From Eledone cirrhosa (Eukaryota): a DNA stretch of 64,000 bases. Positions 11,895-25,533 of this stretch are shown here, piece by piece (the stretch's first letter is position 1; each line of letters begins with the position of its first letter). Under the pieces are notes generated by a model. It was not told the DNA's origin, ran no database searches, and saw only the letters and a program-made list of their open reading frames with translations. Where the stretch lies: contig OZ024761.1 of the NCBI GenBank assembly GCA_964016885.1, positions 13,764,001 to 13,828,000 of the forward strand, read 5' to 3'. A program made the position numbers and the translations under genes.

Positions 11895-14420
11895 GTAGGG
11901 GTATCATAGAGGGAGGTGTGAGTGAAGTAGGAGGGTCATAGAGGGAGGTGTGAGTGAAGTAGGAGGGTCATATAGAGAGATCTGAGTGAAGTAGGGGGGT
12001 CATAGAGGGAGGTGTGAGTGAAGTAGGAGGGTCATATAGAGAGATCTGAGTGAAGTAGGGGGGTCATAGAGGGAGGTGTGAGTGAAGTAGGAGGGTCATA
12101 TAGAGAGATCTGAGTGAAGTAGGGGGGTCATAGAGGGAGGTGTGAGTGAAGTAGGAGGGTCATAGAGGGAGGTGTGAGTGAAGTAGGGGGGTCATAGAGG
12201 GAGGTGTGAGTGAAGTAGGAGGGTCATATAGAGAGATCTGAGTGAAGTAGGAGGGTCATAGAGGGAGGTGTGAGTGAAGTAGGAGGGTCATATAGAGAGA
12301 TCTGAGTGAAGTAGGAGGGTCATAGAGGGAGGTGTGAGTGAAGTAGGGGGGTCATAGAGGGAGGTGTGAGTGAAGTAGGAGGGTCATAGAGGGAGGTGTG
12401 AGTGAAGTAGTAGGGTTATATAGAGAGATCTGAGTGAAGTAGGAGGGTCAGAGAGGGAGGTGTGAGTGAAGTAGGAGGGTCATATAGAGAGATCTGAGTG
12501 AAGTAGGGGGGTCATAGAGGGAGGTGTGAGTGAAGTAGGAGGGTCATATAGAGAGATCTGAGTGAAGTAGGGGGGTCATAGAGGGAGGTGTGAGTGAAGT
12601 AGGAGGGTCATAGAGGGAGGTGTGAGTGAAGTAGGAGGGTCATAGAGGGAGGTGTGAGTGAAGTAGGAGGGTCATAGAGGGAGGTGTGAGTGAAGTAGGG
12701 TCATAGAGGGAGGTGTGAGTGAAGTAGGAGGGTCATATAGAGAGATCTGAGTGAAGTAGGGGGGGTCATAGAGGGAGGTGTGAGTGAAGTAGGAGGGTCA
12801 TATAGAGAGATCTGAGTGAAGTAGGGGGGTCATAGAGGGAGGTGTGAGTGAAGTAGGAGGGTCATAGAGGGAGGTGTGAGTGAAGTAGGAGGGTTATATA
12901 GAGAGATCTGAGTGAAGTAGGAGGGTCATAGAGGGAGGTGTGAGTGAAGTAGGAGGGTCATATAGAGAGATCTGAGTGAAGTAGGAGGGTCATAGAGGGA
13001 GGTGTGAGTGAAGTAGGGGGGTCATAGAGGGAGGTGTGAGTGAAGTAGGAGGGTCATAGAGGGAGGTGTGAGTGAAGTAGGAGGGTCATAGAGGGAGGTG
13101 TGAGTGAAGTAGGGGGGTCATAGAGGGAGGTGTGAGTGAAGTAGGGGGGTCATAGAGGGAGGTGTGAGTGAAGTAGGAGGGTCATAGAGGGAGGTGTGAG
13201 TGAAGTAGGAGGGTTATATAGAGAGATCTGAGTGAAGTAGGAGGGTCATAGAGGGAGGTGTGAGTGAAGTAGGAGGGTCATATAGAGAGATCTGAGTGAA
13301 GTAGGGGGGTCATAGAGGGAGGTGTGAGTGAAGTAGGAGGGTCATATAGAGAGATCTGAGTGAAGTAGGGGGGTCATAGAGGGAGGTGTGAGTGAAGTAG
13401 GAGGGTCATAGAGGGAGGTGTGAGTGAAGTAGGAGGGTCATAGAGGGAGGTGTGAGTGAAGTAGGAGGGTCATAGAGGGAGGTGTGAGTGAAGTAGGAGG
13501 GTCATATAGAGAGATCTGAGTGAAGTAGGGGGGGGTCATAGAGGGAGGTGTGAGTGAAGTAGGAGGGTCATATAGAGAGATCTGAGTGAAGTAGGGGGGT
13601 CATAGAGGGAGGTGTGAGTGAAGTAGGAGGGTCATAGAGGGAGGTGTGAGTGAAGTAGGAGGGTTATATAGAGAGATCTGAGTGAAGTAGGAGGGTCATA
13701 GAGGGAGGTGTGAGTGAAGTAGGAGGGTCATAGAGGGAGGTGTGAGTGAAGTAGGAGGGTCATAGAGGGAGGTGTGAGTGAAGTAGTAGGGTTATATAGA
13801 GAGATCTGAGTGAAGTAGGAGGGTCAGAGAGGGAGGTGTGAGTGAAGTAGGAGGGTCATAGAGGGAGGTGTGAGTGAAGTAGGAGGGTCATATAGAGAGA
13901 TCTGAGTGAAGTAGGGGGGTCATAGAGGGAGGTGTGAGTGAAGTAGGAGGGTCATATAGAGAGATCTGAGTGAAGTAGTTGGGTCATAGAGGGAGGTGTG
14001 AGTGAAGTAGGAGGGTCATAGAGGGAGGTGTGAGTGAAGTAGGAGGGTCATAGAGGGAGGTGTGAGTGAAGTAGGAGGGTCATAGAGGGAGGTGTGAGTG
14101 AAGTAGGAGGGTCATATAGAGGGAGGTGTGAGTGAAGTAGGGGGGGTCATAGAGGGAGGTGTGAGTGAAGTAGGAGGGTCATATAGAGAGATCTGAGTGA
14201 AGTAGGGGGGTCATAGAGGGAGGTGTGAGTGAAGTAGGAGGGTCATAGAGGGAGGTGTGAGTGAAGTAGGAGGGTTATATAGAGAGATCTGAGTGAAGTA
14301 GGAGGGTCATAGAGGGAGGTGTGAGTGAAGTAGGAGGGTCATATAGAGAGATCTGAGTGAAGTAGGAGGGTCATAGAGGGAGGTGTGAGTGAAGTAGGGG
14401 GGTCATATAGAGAGATGTGA
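11895..14420. repeat. 32-bp purine-rich minisatellite (about 78 units, two variants) in CDCA3 intron
   Basis: gagtgaagtaggagggtcat followed by agagggaggtgt or atagagagatct. Confidence 0.97.
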
Positions 14421-15033
14421 CTGTACCAGTGTTATATTGGATACACTCTCACCTGACATCCTAATTGTCACTGCTTTACAATGCCACCTATCACCTCTGT
14501 TCCTCTTGTCACAGAAATTTGGCCAACCTCCTGCTTTCATCTTAATCTGCTATGTACACCTGTCATTTAATTTCTCTGATAGCTAGATCTTGTTCTTTGT
14601 TGCCCCTAATTATCCATGCTTGTCTCAGTTTTAACCCTTTAGCATCTAAACCGGCTGTATCCAGCCAGAACTCTCTCACCGTTCAAACCGGCCATAACTT
14701 GCCACTCATACTGATGTTAAGGTATTGTTCTCAAAATAAATAACATCAAAATCTCATAGATTCAATATTATGTGAGATAGTCTTAACCACAAAAATACAA
14801 TAGTATATATAGTAAAAAAGCTTCCAGTCCATACTGTAAATGTGGTTGGCGTTAGGAAGGGCATCCAGCTGTAGAAAACCTGACCGACCTTGCCTCAAGT
14901 GGGACAAACCTGTCCAGCCCATGCTAGTGTGGAAGATGGACGTTAAACGATGATGATGATGAGAGTAATGGCTCCCTCTACAGTGCTAGTGTTTCTTTTC
15001 CTATTATTTATTATTATTTTTTTATCTTTTCAG

Positions 15034-15866
15034 AAGTCTTGGAAGAAATTCCAGAGGATAAGAACAAAAATAAAACCCAAATTGAAGATTTGGAGAAGAA
15101 TGTTAATGCTGGTGATATAGATGAGGATGATGTTAGTGATATGTTCAGTACAAAAGTCTCCATTGATAACAGTGATATAAGTAGTAATATTACTACTACT
15201 GATATGTCCACTATTGCTGCTACTACAGAATCTGGCCAGAAGCAGCAACTGGTAACTTCACCAGTTGATACTGTTGACCAAGGGAAGGAAAAATGCAAAA
15301 TCAGCAACATCCCACTTGCAGTGAAGAAGACGAAGGTGGAAATGGAGAGAGAGACGAAGAGGGGAATGATGACAATGGCCGGTTGGTCTGGATCGGAGAA
15401 AAACTGGACAAACAACAAGAAGGCGACATCGATGTCTCACCACCACCACTACCATCCCCACTATAACAACTACAGCAACAAGAACAGCAACAACAACAAC
15501 AACCACCACACTGACACCAACAACTTCAACAACAAGAATAAGAGGACAGTGGCAAAGGCTGTAGTAGCTTCTGGTGGTGTTGGTCTTACTGAAGTCAGAT
15601 CTCCATTGCAGAGTCGGAACTGTAGGAATATGGCTACCATTGTGACAACCACAACTAACAACACCACCACCACCACAACCACCACCACCACCACCCGCAA
15701 TTGGGTGAGGTCATCTCTGGTCAAGATGGATGCACTACAGCAATCTGGCACCACCATCATTCCTGGTGGTGGTCTCATCAAACCAGTTTCGAAACCAAGA
15801 GATTGTGGTTTTCAATCTGGACAAGTGAAGTCTGTACATGACAAAGAAAATTTCTCCAGTCAATAG
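15034..15866 (+). CDS. CDCA3: CDCA3 homolog, coding exon 3 with RSPL motif and C-terminal KEN box
   Basis: TTTTCAG acceptor, phase 1. Contains VRSPLQSRN and ends HDKENFSSQ*; vertebrate CDCA3 has a C-terminal HDKEN. Spliced CDS 235+402+833=1470 nt (489 aa). Confidence 0.8.
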
Positions 15867-17079
15867 TCTAAAGGAAAGATGTGTGGTCTAATAGTTAAGG
15901 TGATGAACTCACATCTGTAAAAGTGCGAGTTCAATTCCTGGACCAGGTAGTGCCTTGTGTTCTTGAGCAAGACACTTCATTTCACATTTCTTTTTATGAC
16001 AGAACTAGGAGCAAAAGGCCTCCTATCGTTAATACGCCCAAGAAACCTCCTATGATGTGTAACCTTATAGGAGGCCAGCTAAACCTTCATAGGTGGGTCA
16101 TGTAAGAAAAACATTTTATATAGATAGCACTAGTGCGCCAATCATTAACCCTTTATCATTCACATTACTCTATATAGACTAATGTATTTTTGTGGTAAAG
16201 GCTTTATCTGACATAATATCAGATCTATGAGATTTTAATGTTATTTATTTTATGAACAATATCTCAACATAAGCAGCCTGTTAGAGCATTGGGCTTGCAA
16301 TCGAAAGGTTGTGAGTTCAATTCTTGGACCGGGTGATGTGTTGTTTCCTTGAGCAAGACACTTTATTTCACATTGCTCCACTTTACTCAGCTGTAGAAAT
16401 GAGATGATAGGACTTTGGTCCCTATCATTCCACTGCAAAGTGGTCGTGGAGGTGCCACAACAAAAAAGCACCCAGCCCACACTGTAAAGTGGATGTGTAG
16501 GTGCCATATAAAAAAAAGCTCCCAGGAAGAACAGACGCAAAACGGTGATATTTTTTGTTTATTAAATCAAAAATTTAAATATACTTCTTTTGTGTTTTTA
16601 TGTCTCATGATTCTGTTTTGCTTGTATTTCATTATTTTGGTGTCATTTAAATCTGGTCGTGTAATAGTCATGACAAAAAGCACCTAACCCACTCTATAAA
16701 GTGGCCGTGTAGAAGTCATGACAAAAAGCACCCAGCCCACTCTGTAAAGTGGCCAGCCCACTCTGTAAAGTGGTCGTGTATGTAGAAGTCATGGCAAAAA
16801 GCACTCAGCCCACATATGGATCTGTAATTTGACTTGGTTTCTATGGTTGGATGACCTTCCTAATGTCAACCATGTTACACACATACATATGTATATAAAA
16901 TATATAGTGTGTATTTATGACCCGTAACTTGTTTTAAAAGATGGAATTGATAAAATAAGTGCCACACTTGAAAAAAAAATGAATACTGGAGGTAGATATA
17001 GTCAACTAAATCAAGGTAGTGCCCCAGTATGACCATACTCTGATGACTACCACACCTCCAACATCATCACTACAACAGC

Positions 17080-17316
17080 CTATCTTTGAGAGAGCGCTAG
17101 TGGTGTCTGCTTGTCAGATTCCCCACTTCTGGTGCCAGTTAAAGAGTTAAACGTTATACCACTTTCTATAGACATATCCTTGTGAGTAGACATTATTTTC
17201 TCCATCAACAGGATTTCTGAGTCTTTTTTCTTAATATTTTCAATGGGAGTCCATGACTGGTCATGTTCCAAGCGGAAACCACCAAGGAATTCATTTGGAC
17301 AACTCTGTCCCCATTC
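17080..17316 (-). CDS. C1orf50: C1orf50/DUF2452 homolog, exon 5 (last)
   Basis: TTTTTCAG acceptor; EWGQSCPNEFLGGFRLEHDQSWTP...SQR*. Confidence 0.88.
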   Translation of the reverse strand, partial: EWGQSCPNEFLGGFRLEHDQSWTPIENIKKKDSEILLMEKIMSTHKDMSIESGITFNSLTGTRSGESDKQTPLALSQR

Positions 17317-17414
17317 CTGAAAAAAGAAAATACATATATATTATAATAATGTTCATATACGGAACAGATTAATACAACAATACTCACATACAGAGTCCCA
17401 CACCATCAGACTCA

Positions 17415-20400
17415 CAACCACCACAATATCACACAGTTACAACCACAATATCACACACAATAATACACAGCTACAACAACCACAATATCACACACTAATA
17501 ATACACAGCTACAACAACCATATCACACACAATAATACACAGCTACAACAACCATATCACACACAATAATACACAGCTACAACAACCATATCACACACAA
17601 TAATACATCTCTACAACAACCACAATATCACACAGCTACAACAACCACAATATCACACACAATAATACACAGCTACAACAACCACAATAATACACAGCTA
17701 CAACAACCACAATAATACACAGCTACAACAACCACAATAATACAATAATACACAGCTACAACAACCACAATATCACACAATAATACACATCTACAACAAC
17801 CACAATATCACACAATAATACACATCTACAACAACCATATCACACAATAATACACAGCTACAACAACCATATCACACAATAATACACAGCTACAACAACC
17901 ATATCACACACACTAATACACAGCTACAACAACAACCATATCACACACAATAATACACAGCTACAACAACCATATCACACACACTAATACACAGCTACAA
18001 CAACAACCATATCACACACAATAATACACATCTACAACAACCATATCACACACAATAATACACAGCTACAACAACCATATCACACAATAATACACAGCTA
18101 CAACAACCATATCACACAATAATACACAGCTACAACAACCATATCACACACAATAATACACAGCTACAACAACCACAATATCACACACAATAATACACAG
18201 CTACAACAACCACAATATCACACACACTAATACACAGCTACAACAACCATATCACACACAATAATACACAGCTACAACAACCGCAATATCACACACAATA
18301 ATACACAGCTACAACAACCACAATATCACACACACTAATACACAGCTACAACAACCATATCACACACAATAATACACAGCTACAACAACCACAATATCAC
18401 ACACAATAATACACAGCTACAACAACCATATCACACACACTAATACACAGCTACAACAACCATATCACACACACTAATACACAGCTACAACAACCATATC
18501 ACACACAATAATACACAGCTACAACAACCATATCACACACACTAATACACAGCTACAACAACCATATCACACACAATAATACACAGCTACAACAACCATA
18601 TCACACACAATAATACACAGCTACAACAACCATATCACACACACTAATACACAGCTGCAACAACCATATCACACACAATAATACACAGCTACAACAACCG
18701 CAATATCACACACAATAATACACAGCTACAACAACCACAATATCACACACAATAATACACAGCTACAACAACCATATCACACACACTAATACACAGCTAC
18801 AACAACCATATCACACACACTAATACACAGCTACAACAACCATATCACACACACTAATACACAGCTACAACAACCATATCACACACACTAATACACAGCT
18901 ACAACAACCATATCACACACAATAATACACAGCTACAACAACCATATCACACACAATAATACACAGCTACAACAACCATATCACACACACTAATACACAG
19001 CTACAACAACCATATCACACACACTAATACACAGCTACAACAACCATATCACACACACTAATACACAGCTACAACAACCATATCACACACACTAATACAC
19101 AGCTACAACAACCATATCACACACAATAATACACAGCTACAACAACAACCATATCACACACAATAATACACAGCTACAACAACCATATCACACACAATAA
19201 TACACAGCTACAACAACAACCATATCACACACACTAATACACAGCTACAACAACCATATCACACACACTAATACACAGCTACAACAACCATATCACACAC
19301 ACTAATACACAGCTACAACAACCATATCACACACAATAATACACAGCTACAACAACAACCATATCACACACAATAATACACAGCTACAACAACCATATCA
19401 CACACAATAATACACAGCTACAACAACCACAATATCACACACAATAATACACAGCTACAACAACCATATCACACACAATAATACACAGCTACAACAACCA
19501 TATCACACACACTAATACACAGCTACAACAACCATATCACACAATAATACACAGCTACAACAACCATATCACACACACTAATACACAGCTACAACAACCA
19601 TATCACACACAATAATACACAGCTACAACAACAACCATATCACACACAATAATACACAGCTACAACAACCATATCACACACAATAATACACAGCTACAAC
19701 AACAACCATATCACACACACTAATACACAGCTACAACAACCATATCACACACACTAATACACAGCTACAACAACCATATCACACACACTAATACACAGCT
19801 ACAACAACCATATCACACACAATAATACACAGCTACAACAACAACCATATCACACACACTAATACACAGCTACAACAACCATATCACACACAATAATACA
19901 CAGCTACAACAACCATATCACACACAATAATACACAGCTACAACAACCACAATATCACACACAATAATACACAGCTACAACAACCATATCACACACAATA
20001 ATACACAGCTACAACAACCATATCACACACACTAATACACAGCTACAACAACCATATCACACAATAATACACAGCTACAACAACCATATCACACACACTA
20101 ATACACAGCTACAACAACCATATCACACACACTAATACACAGCTACAACAACCATATCACACACACTAATACACAGCTACAAAAACCATATCACACACAC
20201 TAATACACAGCTACAACAACAACCATATCACACACAATAATACACAGCTACAACAACAACCATATCACACACACTAATACACAGCTACAACAACCATATC
20301 ACACACAATAATACACAGCTACAACAACAACCATATCACACACAATAATACACAGCTACAACAACAACCATATAACACAATAATACACAGCTACAACAAC

Positions 20401-20480
20401 CATATCACACACAATAATACACAGCTACAACAACCATATCACACACAATAATACACAGCTACAACAACCATATCACACAT
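17415..20480. repeat. About 34-bp CA-rich minisatellite in the last C1orf50 intron
   Basis: cacagctacaacaaccatatcacacacaataata repeated with small indels. Confidence 0.97.
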
Positions 20481-20557
20481 ATATACAACAATAATTGTTT
20501 CTACTTTTTGGCACAAGGCCAGCAATTATCCCAGTGTATTACTGGTACTTTATTTTA

Positions 20558-20914
<357 letters not shown>

Positions 20915-20979
20915 TTAGTGATCCACTTGTTCGGGTAATGGTAGTAGCTTACTTCTTTTTTTCGTTTAACCCTTTAGCA

Positions 20980-21630
20980 TTTACATTACTCTATATATAC
21001 TATTATACTGTCATGGTAAAGGCTTTATTTTACATACTATTTACATTACACTATATATACTATTATACTGTCATGGTAAAGGCTTTATTTTATATACCAT
21101 TTACATTACACTATATATACTATTATACTGTCATGGTAAAGGCTTTATTTTACATACCATTTACATTACTCTATATATACTATTATACTGTCATGGTAAA
21201 GGCTTTATTTTACATACCATTTACATTACTCTATATATACTATTATACTGTCATGGTAAAGGCTTTATTTTACATACCATTTACATTACTCTATATATAC
21301 TATTATACTTTCATGGTAAAGGCTTTATTTTATATACCATTTACATTACACTATATATACTATTATATTTTCATGGTAAAGGCTTTATTTTATATACCAT
21401 TTACATTACACTATATATACTATTATACTTTCATGGTAAAGGCTTTATTTTATATACCATTTACATTACACTATATATACTATTATACTTTCATGATAAA
21501 GGCTTTATTTTATATACCATTTACATTACACTATATATACTATTATACTTTCATGGTAAAGGCTTTATTTTATATACCATTTTTACATTACACTATATAT
21601 ACTATTATATTTTCATGGTAAAGGCTTTAT
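20980..21630. repeat. 60-bp tandem repeat (about 11 copies) expanded inside a piggyBac-like MITE
   Basis: ttacattactctatatatactattatactgtcatggtaaaggctttattttacataccat; flanked by the MITE's TIR and body. Confidence 0.92.
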
Positions 21631-21936
21631 CTTAAATTATATCGAATCTATGAGATTTTGATGTTATTTATTCTCAAAATAAATAACAACATCAGAATAA
21701 ATGGCTAGTTACAGCTGGATTGAACAGAAAGAAGTGAGAGAATTCTGGCTGGATACAGCCAGTTTGAGAAAAAAAATGGATACTGGACGTAGATATAGTC
21801 AACTAAATCATGGTAGTGCCCCAGCATGGCCATACTCTGATGAATACCCAACCACCACCACAATCTCTACAATTTAAGTCAAATATACGGTGAAAGCTTT
21901 TATTTCTAACAAATTTCAAACTTCACTTGCTGTTTA

Positions 21937-22188
<252 letters not shown>

Positions 22189-22453
22189 TTAGCATTTAAA
22201 CTGGCTGTACGTGGCAAGAATTCTTTCCTCTTTTTGCAATTGGCTGTAACCAGCAGCTCACACCAACGTTAAGATATCGTTCTTAAAATAAACAGTAACA
22301 TCATCAAAATCTTGTAGACTCGAGATTATGTGAGACAAAGTCTTTACCAAAGGTTCTTACATAAAATTTTGTTGGAAGGTCCTTAGATAAATATATTTTA
22401 AAACAAACAGTTTTGTATCAGGGATGGTTGGAATATATATATATAGAAACAAG

Positions 22454-22486
<33 letters not shown>

Positions 22487-22944
22487 AACAAGCTGAAGCA
22501 TATAGACAATATGCCCCCACACCCTCCCACTGTAAAGTGGACGTATAGGTGCCACGGTAAAAAAAGCACCCAGCACTCACTGTAAATGAGGTTGGTGTTA
22601 GGAAAGGCGTCCAGCTGTAGAAATCAAGCCAGAATCAGTTCCTGTATGAGCACGATAAGGTCAGCCGACTGGACACTGCCCACAACAGGACAGCCCGTCT
22701 AACCCATGCTAGCGTGGAAGAACGGACGTAAAATGATGATGATGATATTAACAAAGGTTCTTCCATAAAATTATGATGGACGTTTCTTATATAAATATAA
22801 ACATTTAAAAGGAATTTTGTATCATAGAACCAGGAGGTGGTTTGGTATCAAAAGGGTTGAAACAAAACAGTCTTATGTCAGAGTCTATCAGCAACGGTGG
22901 TGGGATAGTATGGAAAGGATTAACTTGGTTTGATGGTGACATAC

Positions 22945-23057
22945 CTTCTGTATTTGTTCAGCTAGATGAATCAAGTCATCAGGAGATGACTTGTGGGTTA
23001 TGTGGGAATCAACCAACTGGACTCCTCCTGGGGCACTACTCTCCTCCACAAGTTGCA
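22945..23057 (-). CDS. C1orf50: C1orf50/DUF2452 homolog, exon 2
   Basis: VQLVEESSAPGGVQLVDSH...DDLIHLAEQIQK; TTTTTCAG acceptor (phase 1), GTATGT donor. Confidence 0.88.
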
Positions 23058-23720
23058 CTGAAAAAGAAACAATATTGTACAAGATCAGCTTCCATCTCCC
23101 ACTCCCTATGAGTTTATACCACCAACCAGTTTATCATTTCTACTCCCAACTGTTTACTTTCACTGCCACCTTGTCTGTTTGCCCACTTCCTGTCCTAATA
23201 GGCAAACTCTTCATAACTCAAATGATAGCCATTCAATGCACACTGTATTCTCCAATTTGGCATCATTCTTACACTTTTTCTTACCTCTTCTCCAGTTTCT
23301 TTTTAGCATAAATATTTTTACTGAACACAACTATTTAAAAAAAAAAAAAAAATACAAACGAATGACAGAACTCCAGGGTCATTGGCCTTTGTGATGGATT
23401 TTGGCAGTTTTGACCCCTACGAATGGTAATGCTGGTCCAGCCTGGGTCACAGTGTCTGATACAAGCCAAACACTGTCCGATGGAGTAAGAGATGAGAGAC
23501 AAAACATTAATTTATAGCAATTAAGCTACAACAAATATACACTGATAAAATAGGTCATCACTATTATTATCTCAGTTATGAAATAATAGTGAGAAAGATT
23601 ATTAAATAGATTTGTTGATAAGCCAGGATCCTGAAAACAATACATGAACACTCACAAGTGAAGGCCCAATTTCTAGTTACTCATTAACTATGTTAGAAAT
23701 CAGTGTTATGGGTTACAGGG

Positions 23721-23753
<33 letters not shown>

Positions 23754-23951
23754 AACGAAGAAAGTGTGGTAAGAAACCAGGTAGACCATAACGCACCAGA
23801 GTACTCGGTACTTAGGGTAGTAGAGTGGGTAATAGGAAAAGAGTCAGGACCCCGACAGCTGAGCTCTGGCCATCTTGAGAGATATGAACTGAGTTCGGAT
23901 CTAGCTGTCGAAACGGCCGGAGCTCAGCCGTCGGGGTCCTGACGCTTTTCC

Positions 23952-23982
<31 letters not shown>

Positions 23983-24613
23983 GGAGAAATACACAAAGTG
24001 GTATCTGTTCGATTATAGACAATATGGTTTTCACTCTGGTGGTATTTTATCCCCTATAATTGAACACACACCTCTTTGTGTATTTTTCTCTATGTACTGT
24101 CTTATAAAGAGCCCGGAACCTATTCCTTGAGCTCATTAAATTATAGGGGATTAACATGAGTCTTTAACTCCGTTTTTTAATTTTATATATATATATTAGT
24201 TTTACGAGGTTTTTGATACGAAATCATGTGTCGAAACAAATATTGTTATACTTGGGGAGGGTCATATTGTGTAATAATATTGTCAGAATTAATAACAGAA
24301 CACACTCACAGTTTGGTTGGTTTTCGCTTCTGTGTCCTTTATATCGGTTAATTTAATTTATTCGGTCCTCAATGTTTACCATTGACTGAACAACGGTCAA
24401 AAATACAGATACAATATAGACACAAACACATATATATAGTCTAACAAAGTTCTTTCGTTGTACATCTGCAACATCGTCAGTGGTGCTATTATGTTTCCTC
24501 CCGTTGCATTGTATGCCTACGCCCTCTTTATTTAGTCTGTTTACCAAACAGTGAGTGTGTTCTGTTATTAATTCTGGCAATATTATTACACAAATATGAC
24601 CCTCCCCAAGTAT

Positions 24614-24681
<68 letters not shown>

Positions 24682-24818
24682 GTGTTAAACGATATTCAAT
24701 GATTATGTCAAAGAATGAGTTTTACAGTAGATTGAAAGCACTCTACGGTAAAATAATTTTCCGGAGTTATTAATATTAAAATATAAATATTAATAAAATA
24801 GATGTTCTTTTGATCAAT

Positions 24819-24877
24819 TACATTTTATTATACATATTTCGGATGTACAACAGTACGTCCTCATCAGACAAAATATA
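24819..24877 (-). ncRNA. Type I hammerhead ribozyme motif (left arm of palindrome)
   Basis: Reverse complement of the 24932-24990 motif. Confidence 0.72.
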
Positions 24878-24931
24878 ATGATACATGACATACCCTGACC
24901 ATTTAACATCTCATTGTATGTCATGTATCAG

Positions 24932-24990
24932 TATATTTTGTCTGATGAGGACGTACTGTTGTACATCCGAAATATGTATAATAAAATGTA
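24932..24990 (+). ncRNA. Type I hammerhead ribozyme motif (right arm of palindrome)
   Basis: tatattttgt-CTGATGA-ggacgtac tgtt gtacatcc-GAAA-tatgta-TA-ataaaatgta. Stem I is 10 bp including G-U pairs; stem II pairs at 7 of 8 positions. Confidence 0.72.
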
Positions 24991-25338
24991 ATTGATCAAA
25001 AGAACATGTATTTTATTAATATTTATATTTAAATATATATATATGTATATATGTAGCAAGAGTTGCCTCCCTTGTTATGACGTCACATCAGAAGCAGCGC
25101 TGGTACAAATAAAAAGTCCGACCATAACCTCCGAAATAACCAGACGTCAATAGTTTCGCTTTGGCGATTAACCACGTGATGGGATCCCCACCATCATAAT
25201 AACCCTCGTTGTTATATATATATATATATATATATATTGTTATGTTAAATATTTCCATAGAAAAGGTAAAGGAAAGAAGGGTGCTCTGTGTACAGTACAG
25301 AGCTATTTAATTACATAATAAACAACACAATATAATTA

Positions 25339-25408
25339 GTCCATTACCAAAGGTTTCAGGAAACTAGACGATCCTTACAGAAACGTCCAACTCGTTCATC
25401 AGATGAAC
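25339..25408 (-). ncRNA. Type I hammerhead ribozyme motif, second family
   Basis: gttcat-CTGATGA-acgagttggacg...cgtctagtttcct-GAAA-cc ttt gg-TA-atggac; GUA cleavage triplet. Confidence 0.62.
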
Positions 25409-25488
25409 GAGCTGGATGTTTCTGTAAGGATCGTCTAGTTTCCTGAAACCTTTGGTAATGGAATAATTATATTGTGTTGTTTATTATG

Positions 25489-25533
<45 letters not shown>

